A stretch of DNA of 49,035 nt from Verrucomicrobiota bacterium. GTDB lineage: Bacteria > Verrucomicrobiota > Verrucomicrobiia > Limisphaerales > CANJXF01. A program made the translations under genes and the position numbers. Below the pieces are notes generated by a model, which worked only from the letters and a program-made list of their open reading frames with translations, was not told the DNA's origin and did no database searches. The DNA lies in assembly GCA_039925885.1 (NCBI GenBank), contig JBDSYB010000129.1, positions 1 to 49,035 on the forward strand, in the 5' to 3' direction. Positions 18,799 through 26,992 of the stretch are shown one piece after another (positions within the stretch are counted from its first letter, which is position 1; each line of letters opens with the position of its first letter).

Positions 18799-21700
18799 TT
18801 ATGGGGACTTCTTCGCGCGGTAGAGCCGGTTAACGAAATTGCTGCTTTGCGGATCCGCATAAATCGCCGCGCCGTTGGTCAGGGTGTTCGTGCTCAACGG
18901 CAGCCATTGGCTCAAATTGGTGGAACCTTCCAAAATGAAACTCTCGCCGACCGCGCCCGAAATGCCGAACTGGAACTGACCGTTGCCCAGCCATTGGGGA
19001 GAACTGAGGAGCAACGGTTGAGCAGAATAATTTCCGATGGTCGAACTATAGGTCATCTGGTCAATATACAAATTGATCGCATCGCCGCTGTTCGCTGCGC
19101 CCAATCCGCCCGTCAACAGGCCATACCCATTAATACTTGCTCCGGTATTACGTTGGGCCGCGGTAAGGTCTTGAGTCAACGTTCCCAAAGAAACACCTGA
19201 ACTGTTAAACATCTGCAAAGTTAACCGCCCTTGGCCGTTGACTCCATTGGTTGGATTGTAATCCGCCGTGAACTTGTAGCGGCTGTTGCCCGGCGTCAGG
19301 CTAATAACGGCAGAAGGCTGGACAGTTGCGCCGTCACTCAGGGCAAAGGTTGGTCTCGCGCGATAGGTTCCCTGTCCACCGCCAACGGGTTCGGCTATGG
19401 TCAAGCCGAGAACATTCTTCCGCAGAACAGCGCCCCCGTCTATGGTGTTAAAAAATCCAATCATCACTGCGTTATCGTAGAGCGGACTGGTGCTCGCCGC
19501 AGTAATAGCGAGTTCACCATCGGCATGCAGTGTGTTCGTCAGAGTAAAGATTGCGCCCAGTGTTGTATCTCCATAGAAGGAGACATTAACTGTGCGGGCG
19601 AGAACATTTCCGCCTTCACCTGCCGGCGAACCAAACCCAGTGTTGTCTGTATTGGAAAAGCCAAAATTATTTCCGTTGGTTATATTGCCCACGCCTGTCC
19701 AGCCGTGAGCCAGCACATCGGAAGCATTATCAAATGGTTCTGTCGCTTGAGTCACTGCCGTCGCGTCATTGTCCGCAATCATTACGGTGGCGCTGCTCGG
19801 CGAACCCACTGTGTAACCGGCATTAGCAACATGTGTCAGCACCACGGTTTCGCTCCCTTCGACAAGGCTATCATCTACTGGAGTAACTATGATATTCGTG
19901 CTGCTAACTCCAGTAAGCAATGTTATCGAACCCGGAAGATTGACATAATCTGTTCCGTTGATCGCCGTTCCACTAATCGTGTAATTTACCGTTAAATTAG
20001 TTGTTGTGTTGCCCACACGGCTGATTGTTAACACCCCGGGGTCGGACGGTTCAGCCGCGGTCGAGTCGGTAGCCGTGACGGTCACCGTAGGTTGTGTCGA
20101 GCCGTTGGTGATGGCGTTATACCAAACCTGGCCCATAATCTGATAGCCTTCGGCGGTAGGATGAATTCCATCGTATAGTTTTCCGATCAGCGGAGTGTAT
20201 TGATCAACGATTTTGATCGTGATATTCGAGAAAACATTGGTGGGAAGGTTTGAGGCAATATATCCGTTATATTGAACGCCTTCGTTGATCATGACAGTGC
20301 TCATGGCGCTACCTGTCCAAGCTGTGGTCATGGGTGTAATCTGGGCGACAATCACCTCGATCTGGAGTCCCTGGGCCTCGGCTCGGGCGTTAATCGTCTT
20401 CAACAGTTCCTGCAGACGGGCAATGCAACCTTCAGCGATCCAGTCCTGGCCTTCGCCCTGACCATTACTACCAACATCGCTATTGAAGCTGCCGTGCACA
20501 CTATCTACTACCATGTGCACATGATCGTTCACACCGGCCATCAGCAGAATGATATTTCGGTTCGTTGCGCTCGTCGAGAAGTAGGTAGTCGTCACGGCAG
20601 CCGTCATCTCGTCGTATAAACCTTGGTTATTCTGACCCTCGATAGACACGTAGGATCGTCCATTGATCGTAGCAGGGATGTCGGAGATCTGCCAACCGAA
20701 CCTCCCCCAGTGGTTTGGATCCGGACAGGTGTCTCCCGTCTGTAACTTGGATCCAACAAAATCGACGGTATAGCCGTTTGTCTGGAGCAAATTGTAGAGG
20801 GGAAGGCGGTAGCCGCCGGGTATGGTTCCTACTGTAATAGAATCGCCCATGGGCATGATTTTTAAATTCGTGATGAAATCATTGTCCATGATGGTGACGG
20901 TCGCATTGCTTGGCAAACCAATGCTGTATCCGGCATTAGCCGCGAGTGTGAGAACCACTGTTTCATTTCCTTCCACCACATTGTCGTCTATCGGACTCAT
21001 TGTCACTATTGCATTGGATGAACCTGCCGAAATGGTCAATGAACCGGTAAGGCTCAAATAGTCCACTCCATTGCTGGCCGTGCCGGTGATCGTGTAATAC
21101 ACCGTAAGGTTGCTGCTCGTGTTGCCACTGCGGCTGATGGTGAATTGTCCCGGCGCAGAGGGTTCGGCGGAATTTGGAATGCTTGCTGTGATCGTGACGA
21201 CGGGCACATCACCCACCAACCGGAACCGATCCATGGTAACAGACTGGTCTAATTGGCCGTAGTAGTTATCCGAACCGACATGGCCGAAGACATAGATCGT
21301 GCCGTCGCTCGTTTGGATACTCCTGGGATAGTAACGCGATGAGTAACTCGCGACTCCGGTAATGTTTAAAACGTTCCAGGTGGCTCCACCATCATCGGTC
21401 CAGTGAATACCTGTAGTGGCGATGTGCAATATAGGACCTTCACGAGTAGCCAACAGTTCTGGATGTCCTGAGTGCGGGAAGGGCGCAGGGCCATACTGAT
21501 CCAATATCCAGATGCTACCCGTTTTGTGGAATCGGCCCTGGTAACGGACTTGTTGCGATGAGTTGGTGGGATTGTTCCTGCGGAAAACTCCGAAAAAATC
21601 GCCACTGGGTAGTTCCGCAACATCCCATTCGTTCCACGCGGCATAATTGGTTTGAATGCCGCTCAACGAAATGGTCTGCGGATTCCAGGTTGCCCCGTCG

Positions 21701-22395
21701 TTGCTGGAAAACATCAGGACCGGTTCTCCCAGCAATCTCGTGGCCGGGCTTGGGTCATAACGTTTTACTCCCGTGGCGAGAAGGCGGCCATCGCTCACGC
21801 GCCGGACCCGCCCAAGGTAATCCGCAAAATCGCCGATGTAGTTAGTGTATTGAGGGGGTCTTGATGGTTCGGGCGGGATTTCGGGTGGTCCCCAAGTCTG
21901 GCCCTGATCCATCGAACGTTGAAAGTAAATTGTCCTCGGCACGTTATTGGAGGGAAGTTGCGAACCGTCCACTGCACGGATAATGCCCCCATTTGTGAGG
22001 GCGCAATGTGAGCCGCCCCAGACGGGACGGTCGGAGAAGCTGGAGAATAAATCTTCACCCACCTTGTTCCAGTTAGCGCCGCCATTAGTCGAGCGAAGAT
22101 AGATATTGGCAAGCTGAAGTCCACTATAGTCATAGTTGGCATTAGTGCGGCCTACAATCTGTCCCGTTGCCTGATGACACATTGCCATAAGACTGCCATC
22201 GGGCATTATCCAAGCCCCAACCCAAGAGGTATATCCAGGAGTTTGTGGAGAATGGTAAATGGTCTGCCGCGAATAATTATCAGCAATCCATGTGGCCGCG
22301 CGAGCCGACGGGGTAGTGACTGCGAACCATCCCGCGCAGAGGGGGAAAAACGTCGTCGCCAGTTGATACGATACTTTTTTAAGGTTCATGATCAT
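18799..22395 (-). CDS. giant secreted protein: sialidase-fold Asp-box propeller, Calx-beta, SGNH esterase domain, Calx-beta, lectin-like module and C-terminal domain
   Basis: The track start at 22407 is TTG, with ATG codons at 22395 and 22389. The leader ends ...TTPSARA. Domains: propeller about 21202-22300 (STNGGANW, SMDQGQTW, SNDGATW, TDDGGATW); Calx-beta 20878-21201; SGNH 20089-20877 (MPMGDSITVG, LMAGVNDH, DGIHPT); Calx-beta 19765-20088. Confidence 0.8.
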   Translation of the reverse strand: MIMNLKKVSYQLATTFFPLCAGWFAVTTPSARAATWIADNYSRQTIYHSPQTPGYTSWVGAWIMPDGSLMAMCHQATGQIVGRTNANYDYSGLQLANIYLRSTNGGANWNKVGEDLFSSFSDRPVWGGSHCALTNGGIIRAVDGSQLPSNNVPRTIYFQRSMDQGQTWGPPEIPPEPSRPPQYTNYIGDFADYLGRVRRVSDGRLLATGVKRYDPSPATRLLGEPVLMFSSNDGATWNPQTISLSGIQTNYAAWNEWDVAELPSGDFFGVFRRNNPTNSSQQVRYQGRFHKTGSIWILDQYGPAPFPHSGHPELLATREGPILHIATTGIHWTDDGGATWNVLNITGVASYSSRYYPRSIQTSDGTIYVFGHVGSDNYYGQLDQSVTMDRFRLVGDVPVVTITASIPNSAEPSAPGQFTISRSGNTSSNLTVYYTITGTASNGVDYLSLTGSLTISAGSSNAIVTMSPIDDNVVEGNETVVLTLAANAGYSIGLPSNATVTIMDNDFITNLKIMPMGDSITVGTIPGGYRLPLYNLLQTNGYTVDFVGSKLQTGDTCPDPNHWGRFGWQISDIPATINGRSYVSIEGQNNQGLYDEMTAAVTTTYFSTSATNRNIILLMAGVNDHVHMVVDSVHGSFNSDVGSNGQGEGQDWIAEGCIARLQELLKTINARAEAQGLQIEVIVAQITPMTTAWTGSAMSTVMINEGVQYNGYIASNLPTNVFSNITIKIVDQYTPLIGKLYDGIHPTAEGYQIMGQVWYNAITNGSTQPTVTVTATDSTAAEPSDPGVLTISRVGNTTTNLTVNYTISGTAINGTDYVNLPGSITLLTGVSSTNIIVTPVDDSLVEGSETVVLTHVANAGYTVGSPSSATVMIADNDATAVTQATEPFDNASDVLAHGWTGVGNITNGNNFGFSNTDNTGFGSPAGEGGNVLARTVNVSFYGDTTLGAIFTLTNTLHADGELAITAASTSPLYDNAVMIGFFNTIDGGAVLRKNVLGLTIAEPVGGGQGTYRARPTFALSDGATVQPSAVISLTPGNSRYKFTADYNPTNGVNGQGRLTLQMFNSSGVSLGTLTQDLTAAQRNTGASINGYGLLTGGLGAANSGDAINLYIDQMTYSSTIGNYSAQPLLLSSPQWLGNGQFQFGISGAVGESFILEGSTNLSQWLPLSTNTLTNGAAIYADPQSSNFVNRLYRAKKSP
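18802..19764 (-). repeat. copy B of the shared C-terminal module
   Basis: TEPFDNASDVLAHGWTGVGNITNGNNFGFSNTDNTGFGSPAGE...LYIDQMTYSS...QPLLLSSPQWLGNGQFQF...TNLSQWLPL...YRAKKSP. It contains a 54-nt stretch (18967-19020) that is 53/54 identical to 14784-14837. Confidence 0.85.
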
Positions 22396-22455
22396 GTCAG
22401 TGTTCAACCAGCGAATCGATTCGCTCTCGGTCTTTCCTTAACCCGACGCCGAACC

Positions 22456-23634
22456 TTATTCTGAATTTAGCCGAAAAGAATCCATGACAATGGATTGATC
22501 TATTTTGCCGTAGGCATTGTCTGACCCCGCATGGCTGACAATATAAATCCGGCCATCCTTGGCCTGCACACTTACCGGGTAATAGTGCGATTGGATTGGG
22601 CCCTTTCGTTCCTTCGCCTCGAGGGAGTGCCAGGCCTTTCCAGAATCGGCGGTCCAGTCAATGCCGCTGGTAGCGATATGCAAAACAATTCCTTCACGCG
22701 TGGACAGAACTTCGGGATGACCGGAATGTTCAAAGTGGGCTGGGTGATACTCATCCAGGAGCCAGCCGTCGCCTTTCTTTCGCAGTAATCCCTGCCAGCG
22801 AACTTGTTTGAATTTGACGCTCTTTGGGTCTGTCCGGCGAAAGACGCCCAGTAAATTACCGTCAGGCAACTCCGCGCAGTCCCATTCGTTCCACGCATAA
22901 CTGGCGTGCATGTCAGGATCGGGCATTTCTATTTTTTGTGGCTCCCATGTTTTTCCATCGTCCTTGGAAAACATGACCAAAGGATCGCCCATCATTCGTT
23001 TCCGGGGACTTGGATCGGTGCGAATAACGCCAGTAGCGATAAGCCAGCCGTTAGAGAGTCGGCGAACACGGGAAATACAATCGCCAAAATCGCCAATAAA
23101 GTTGTTGGTAGGTCTGGCGGGTTCGGGCGGAATCTCAGCCTTTCCCCAGGTCTTTCCCAGATCCATTGAGCGTTGGAAAAAAATTTGCCTGGGCACAGAA
23201 TTGGAAGGCAATTGAGAACCATCCACCGCCCGTATAATTTCTCCATTGGTCAACACGCAGTGTGAGCCGCCCCAGACAGGCCGCTCTGAAGGACCATTAA
23301 ATATATCCTCCCCCGTTTTAGTCCAAGTGACGCCGCCATTAGTTGAGTGAAGGTAAATATTTGCCAGAACCAATCCGCTATAGTCGTAGTCTTTCTCCTT
23401 CCGCCCTTCAATCGGGCCAGTCACTTGTTTGAAGGTCACCATCATGCTATCGTCTGGCATCTTCCACAAACCCACCCAGGATGTGTAGCCGGGCTTTTGC
23501 GGCGAACGGTAAATGGTCCGATGAGTGAGTTGTTCAGCGACGAAACGGGTCTCCGATTTCTTCGTCTCTGCGGCATGGCAGAAATACGAAACGAAAACTG
23601 CTCCGGAAAAAATTAAAATTAATCGGTTTTTCAT
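22456..23634 (-). CDS. secreted sialidase-fold (BNR/Asp-box) beta-propeller protein, stand-alone paralogue
   Basis: Signal peptide MKNRLILIFSGAVFVSYFCHA. It is collinear with, and by eye roughly 60 percent identical to, the N-terminal propeller of the downstream giant gene (STNGGVTW, SMDLGKTW, HSGHPEVL, YYPVSVQ). Confidence 0.75.
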   Translation of the reverse strand: MKNRLILIFSGAVFVSYFCHAAETKKSETRFVAEQLTHRTIYRSPQKPGYTSWVGLWKMPDDSMMVTFKQVTGPIEGRKEKDYDYSGLVLANIYLHSTNGGVTWTKTGEDIFNGPSERPVWGGSHCVLTNGEIIRAVDGSQLPSNSVPRQIFFQRSMDLGKTWGKAEIPPEPARPTNNFIGDFGDCISRVRRLSNGWLIATGVIRTDPSPRKRMMGDPLVMFSKDDGKTWEPQKIEMPDPDMHASYAWNEWDCAELPDGNLLGVFRRTDPKSVKFKQVRWQGLLRKKGDGWLLDEYHPAHFEHSGHPEVLSTREGIVLHIATSGIDWTADSGKAWHSLEAKERKGPIQSHYYPVSVQAKDGRIYIVSHAGSDNAYGKIDQSIVMDSFRLNSE

Positions 23635-23804
23635 AAGTAACTTGAAACGAAATATACCGGCGACTTTCTCAACCGAACATGCGAAAACTGGTTAAATCCT
23701 TGATAAACGTGACACTTTCCACAAGAACTCTGCCAATTTTCCTATGTTGTGCATTTGAAAATTATGTTCATTTAATAGTAACCGACTCATAAACTCATAA
23801 ACTT

Positions 23805-25025
23805 ATGAATTCAATATTATCCAAGACGATGGTTTATACCTCACTTGCTCTCCTGCTTTTTGTCGGCGTTGGCCGTAGCGATGATTCTACGATAAAACCC
23901 AAGAAAGAATATTTCGCAGAGAACTTTAAACGGACGACGATTTATCACTCGCCGCAGTCGCCGGGATACACTTGCTGGCTCGGCACCTGGATCATGCCGA
24001 ACAAAGATTTGATGATCACGTTCACGCAGAACACAGGTGAAATTGATCCGGCGCGCCGCGCCTCCGATGAAGTAAGAAAACAATTTTATCCGCACCTCGA
24101 AAATGCGATGCGCGATGCGACATCCTTGAACAAGAGCAATTTATTTTTGCGTTCAAGCGATAAAGGCGCGACGTGGAAAGAAGTCGGAGAATTCGGATTT
24201 GAAGGTCCCTTCGCTTTCTGCTCGCCCGGTGGACAAGACATTTTATTGAAAGACGGAACCATTTTGAAAGGCGTCTTCGGTTACTTCCAATCGAGGGTAT
24301 CAGGAGCGCCTCCGAGCGCATATTTAATTCGTTCCTCCGACGCAGGAAAAACCTGGAGCAAACCTCAAGTGCTGGGTGATCCTTCTAAGGACAATATGAG
24401 GCTCACGCGAATCCGCCGATTGCGCGACGGGCGATTGATCGCCACCGGTGGCCGCGCTCGCACACCCAGCACGTCTAAAATAAAAGAAATCTGGGACCTT
24501 TGGGAGCCGTTGTTTTTAGTTTCCGATGACGAAGGAAAAACTTGGGCTGGACCGATTGAAGTTTTAAATGCAGAGCAACGCAAAGGTTGGATGTGCGAAG
24601 AATACGACACTGCGGAACTTCCGAATGGCGACCTTGTCTGTGTCTTTCGCAGAATGAGTCCAACAGATGGAAAAACGCAAGTGCGCTGGCAAGGTCTTCT
24701 TAAGAAGGAGGGCAAAAGCTGGAAGATAACCAACCTTGGGCCGTCTGCGTTGCCTCACTCCGGTCACCCGGAATTGTTGATGACGAAGGAAGGTGTGGTT
24801 TTGCACATCGCGACCAGCGGCATGCACTGGACGGAAAATGGCGAGACTTGGACGCCGGTAGAATTTCCTACTTTGAAAGAGGGTTACCACTCTCACTATT
24901 ATCCTAAAAGCATTCAGGCCGACGACGGCACGATCTACGTTTTTGGCCATGTCGGTTCGGACAACGATTACAAAGCCAGAGACCAATCCATTACTATGAG
25001 TACCTTCCACCTCGTGCAAAAGTAA
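23805..25025 (+). CDS. secreted sialidase-fold (BNR/Asp-box) beta-propeller protein, divergent paralogue
   Basis: It has a hydrophobic leader and the same family signatures (TIYHSPQSPGYTCW, SSDKGATW, SSDAGKTW, SDDEGKTW, HSGHPELL, YYPKSIQ, GHVGSDN). It is transcribed divergently from 22456-23634. Confidence 0.75.
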   Translation: MNSILSKTMVYTSLALLLFVGVGRSDDSTIKPKKEYFAENFKRTTIYHSPQSPGYTCWLGTWIMPNKDLMITFTQNTGEIDPARRASDEVRKQFYPHLENAMRDATSLNKSNLFLRSSDKGATWKEVGEFGFEGPFAFCSPGGQDILLKDGTILKGVFGYFQSRVSGAPPSAYLIRSSDAGKTWSKPQVLGDPSKDNMRLTRIRRLRDGRLIATGGRARTPSTSKIKEIWDLWEPLFLVSDDEGKTWAGPIEVLNAEQRKGWMCEEYDTAELPNGDLVCVFRRMSPTDGKTQVRWQGLLKKEGKSWKITNLGPSALPHSGHPELLMTKEGVVLHIATSGMHWTENGETWTPVEFPTLKEGYHSHYYPKSIQADDGTIYVFGHVGSDNDYKARDQSITMSTFHLVQK

Positions 25026-25401
25026 AGGAACCCGAATTCATAATTAAACTGCCGGGTAGCACGGGCGGCCAGTCTATGCTACTCATTCCAACGTCGGAAT
25101 TCGGGGTTAAGGAACTTTATCCGACTTCACAAATTGAGTTGCACAGAGGATGGCATTCGCCGCGCTGATTCTCACATCCGCATTTTCATCCGTGAGCAAC
25201 GGGCTCAAATGCATCACATCTTGTCCCTCGGGGCGACGACCCAAAGCACAGCAAGCCCAGCACGCACACAAATTTTGCCGCCAGTTTCCAGGGGAATTCA
25301 GGTGTTCTATGTGTATCCTGGCGCACGGAATATTGAATCGTTATCGGGTGAAGATTGAGTTGAGAGCCGCGGAGTTTCTTTTTGGCTGGCAAAATTATAT
25401 T

Positions 25402-26547
25402 TCACGCTGGCAACTTTTTTTGCCCAAACAATGGCATGTTGGTCATGGCGGTTTTGAGTGTTTTCACTTCCAGATGCGTGTAGCGGGCGTTCATAACCTT
25501 GGATGAATGGCCGGTCAACCGCATCCGAACTTCTTCCGGCACACCGGCATTTGCCAAATGCGAATTAAAACTATGCCGAAGAGAGTGGAACGTGCGCTTG
25601 GAAAAATTTCGTGTCCCCTTTCCTTTGGCCGTCATCAAATCAAGCCCGGCCTTGATCGCAATCCGTTTGAAACTTTCGGAGAGACCGTGTTTTCCGCCCG
25701 GCCCTTTCGCGGCCAACTTTGGGCAGAGGAAACCAGTCGTGCCGAAAGTGGATAAAAAGTCTAAATGCTCAATGATGTGCAGGTGCATCGGAACAATGAC
25801 TTTTTTGCCGGTCTTTTGTTGCTCATAGGTGATGATGCCTTTATCGGCGTGGACATTTTCCCATTTCATCTGGACGCAATCGCGCAGGCGCGCGCCGATG
25901 AAATAACCCATGAGAATCAAAGTTTGCCATTCGAGGGAAGGGGCGGCGGCAAGTATTTTTTCGACTTCGTCGTGCGTGAATACTTCGCGTTCCGAGCATT
26001 CCTCCTTGGGCATTTGAACCGCAGCCACCGGGTTTTTAATGATCGTTCCATAATTCTCGGCACGACGAAACGCCGTGTTTAAAATTTTCAAATCAACGAT
26101 GGTCGTCTTCGGCGCTAAACCTGATTTCAAACGCGCATTCAAGAACGCCTCAATATCGTGCGGAGTGATGATGTTGATTGGCTTTTGTGCTTTGCCTTTT
26201 AAATTGAGTAGGAATTGCTTCACCGAATTTCCGTAACGTTCGTGAGTCGCTTTCGTGTTGCGCGCTTGAATGCCTTCGAGCCATTGATTGAGATAATCTT
26301 CCGTCGCAGGCACTGCTAAACTATCGCCGGTCACTCTTTCCGAAACATCATTCAAAACTTTCCCCAATTGATTCGTGGTGAGGATACCTTGATTGGCTTG
26401 TTTCTCGACGCGCTCCAATTCGATGGCTACTTGAAGCGCTTGATTACGGTCAGTTGTTTTGGTTGACCGCTTCATCTGGCGACCGTTGCGGTTGGTGAAA
26501 CATGCGGTCCAGTATTGTGATTTGGTCCGTTTAACAATGCTCGCCAT
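25402..26547 (-). CDS. tyrosine-type site-specific recombinase (phage/island integrase)
   Basis: Internal ATG at 26547 (MASIVKRTKSQYW...). Box I is GARLRDCVQMKWENV, box II is HSLRHSFNSHLANAGV, and LTGHSS...ARYTH carries the nucleophile Tyr. The gene looks intact. Confidence 0.85.
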   Translation of the reverse strand: MASIVKRTKSQYWTACFTNRNGRQMKRSTKTTDRNQALQVAIELERVEKQANQGILTTNQLGKVLNDVSERVTGDSLAVPATEDYLNQWLEGIQARNTKATHERYGNSVKQFLLNLKGKAQKPINIITPHDIEAFLNARLKSGLAPKTTIVDLKILNTAFRRAENYGTIIKNPVAAVQMPKEECSEREVFTHDEVEKILAAAPSLEWQTLILMGYFIGARLRDCVQMKWENVHADKGIITYEQQKTGKKVIVPMHLHIIEHLDFLSTFGTTGFLCPKLAAKGPGGKHGLSESFKRIAIKAGLDLMTAKGKGTRNFSKRTFHSLRHSFNSHLANAGVPEEVRMRLTGHSSKVMNARYTHLEVKTLKTAMTNMPLFGQKKLPA

Positions 26548-26639
26548 ACAAGGTGAGAATAAGAGTGAGAATAAAAAGTGCAAGAAATGGCTTTTTTAAA
26601 AACACTAAGCCGCTGTATATCAATTAATTGAAAAAGGTG

Positions 26640-26676
26640 CATGGAGACGAGGGTTCGATTCCCTTCACCCGCTCCA
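26640..26676 (+). pseudogene. 3' fragment of a tRNA gene (tRNA-Gly-like T arm, acceptor 3' strand, U73 and CCA); probable att-site remnant
   Basis: GAGGG-TTCGATT-CCCTT is a T arm. It is followed by CACCCGC-T-CCA. The complementary 5' acceptor strand (GYGGGTG) is absent from the 90 nt upstream, so the gene is truncated. The left edge of the fragment is approximate. Confidence 0.6.
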
Positions 26677-26992
26677 CTAATAATCAATCATTAAGAAAGT
26701 GGCGGACAAATGCACTAAATTCAAAGAGTCGCTTTAAAGTTTTATTAGTTCCAAACTTATTGAAGGCTGATTTACGCGAACATTAGACGAGGAACCGGTT
26801 GCTTACCCAGCAGTTGTCCGACCTCCGATCGATGCTCACTGTAATTTTCATTCCCCTTAAAAAATTGAAAACATCAGCTAATACTTGCGCCCAAAAAATT
26901 GAATCAGGTTGCGACAAATTTTTCCCCGTGTAAAAGACTTCATCTTCTCGCAAAAGAAATTTCTCCGTTTTGAACCTGCTGAATAACCGAAG

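Noticed and set aside
18141-19995. Long plus-strand ORFs (18141-18833, 230 aa; 19231-19995, 254 aa) antisense to the giant genes.
   Set aside because: They have Arg/Gly/Ser-rich low-complexity translations and no motifs. They lie entirely inside well-supported minus-strand coding sequence, as is typical of antisense frames in GC-rich repeats. The same reasoning applies to 1292-1879, 30748-31365, 32104-32661 and 34220-34807.
23785-23803. The tandem 8-mer ACTCATAA x2 (+ACT) immediately upstream of the start codon at 23805.
   Set aside because: It is very short and AT-rich, and it occurs only once. It is likely chance or part of the 5' UTR, with no evidence of function.
25186-25392. A 68-aa minus-strand ORF just downstream of the integrase, considered as an AlpA/Xis-like excisionase (…YSVRQDTHRTPEFPWKLAAKFV…).
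   Set aside because: The resemblance to the G.FP.P.KLG motif is weak. The position downstream of int is atypical. The ORF is overlapped by equally long ORFs on the other strand. It needs an HMM test before being called.
26640-26676. The tRNA-like 3' end, considered as the end of a tmRNA (ssrA), because CCGCTCCA resembles the tmRNA acceptor with a G-U pair.
   Set aside because: Three extra nucleotides would lie between the T stem and the acceptor. No GGGGCGG 5' end or tag-ORF-like region is seen upstream, where the integrase gene sits. The tRNA-Gly-type reading (CACCCGC-U-CCA) fits without gaps.
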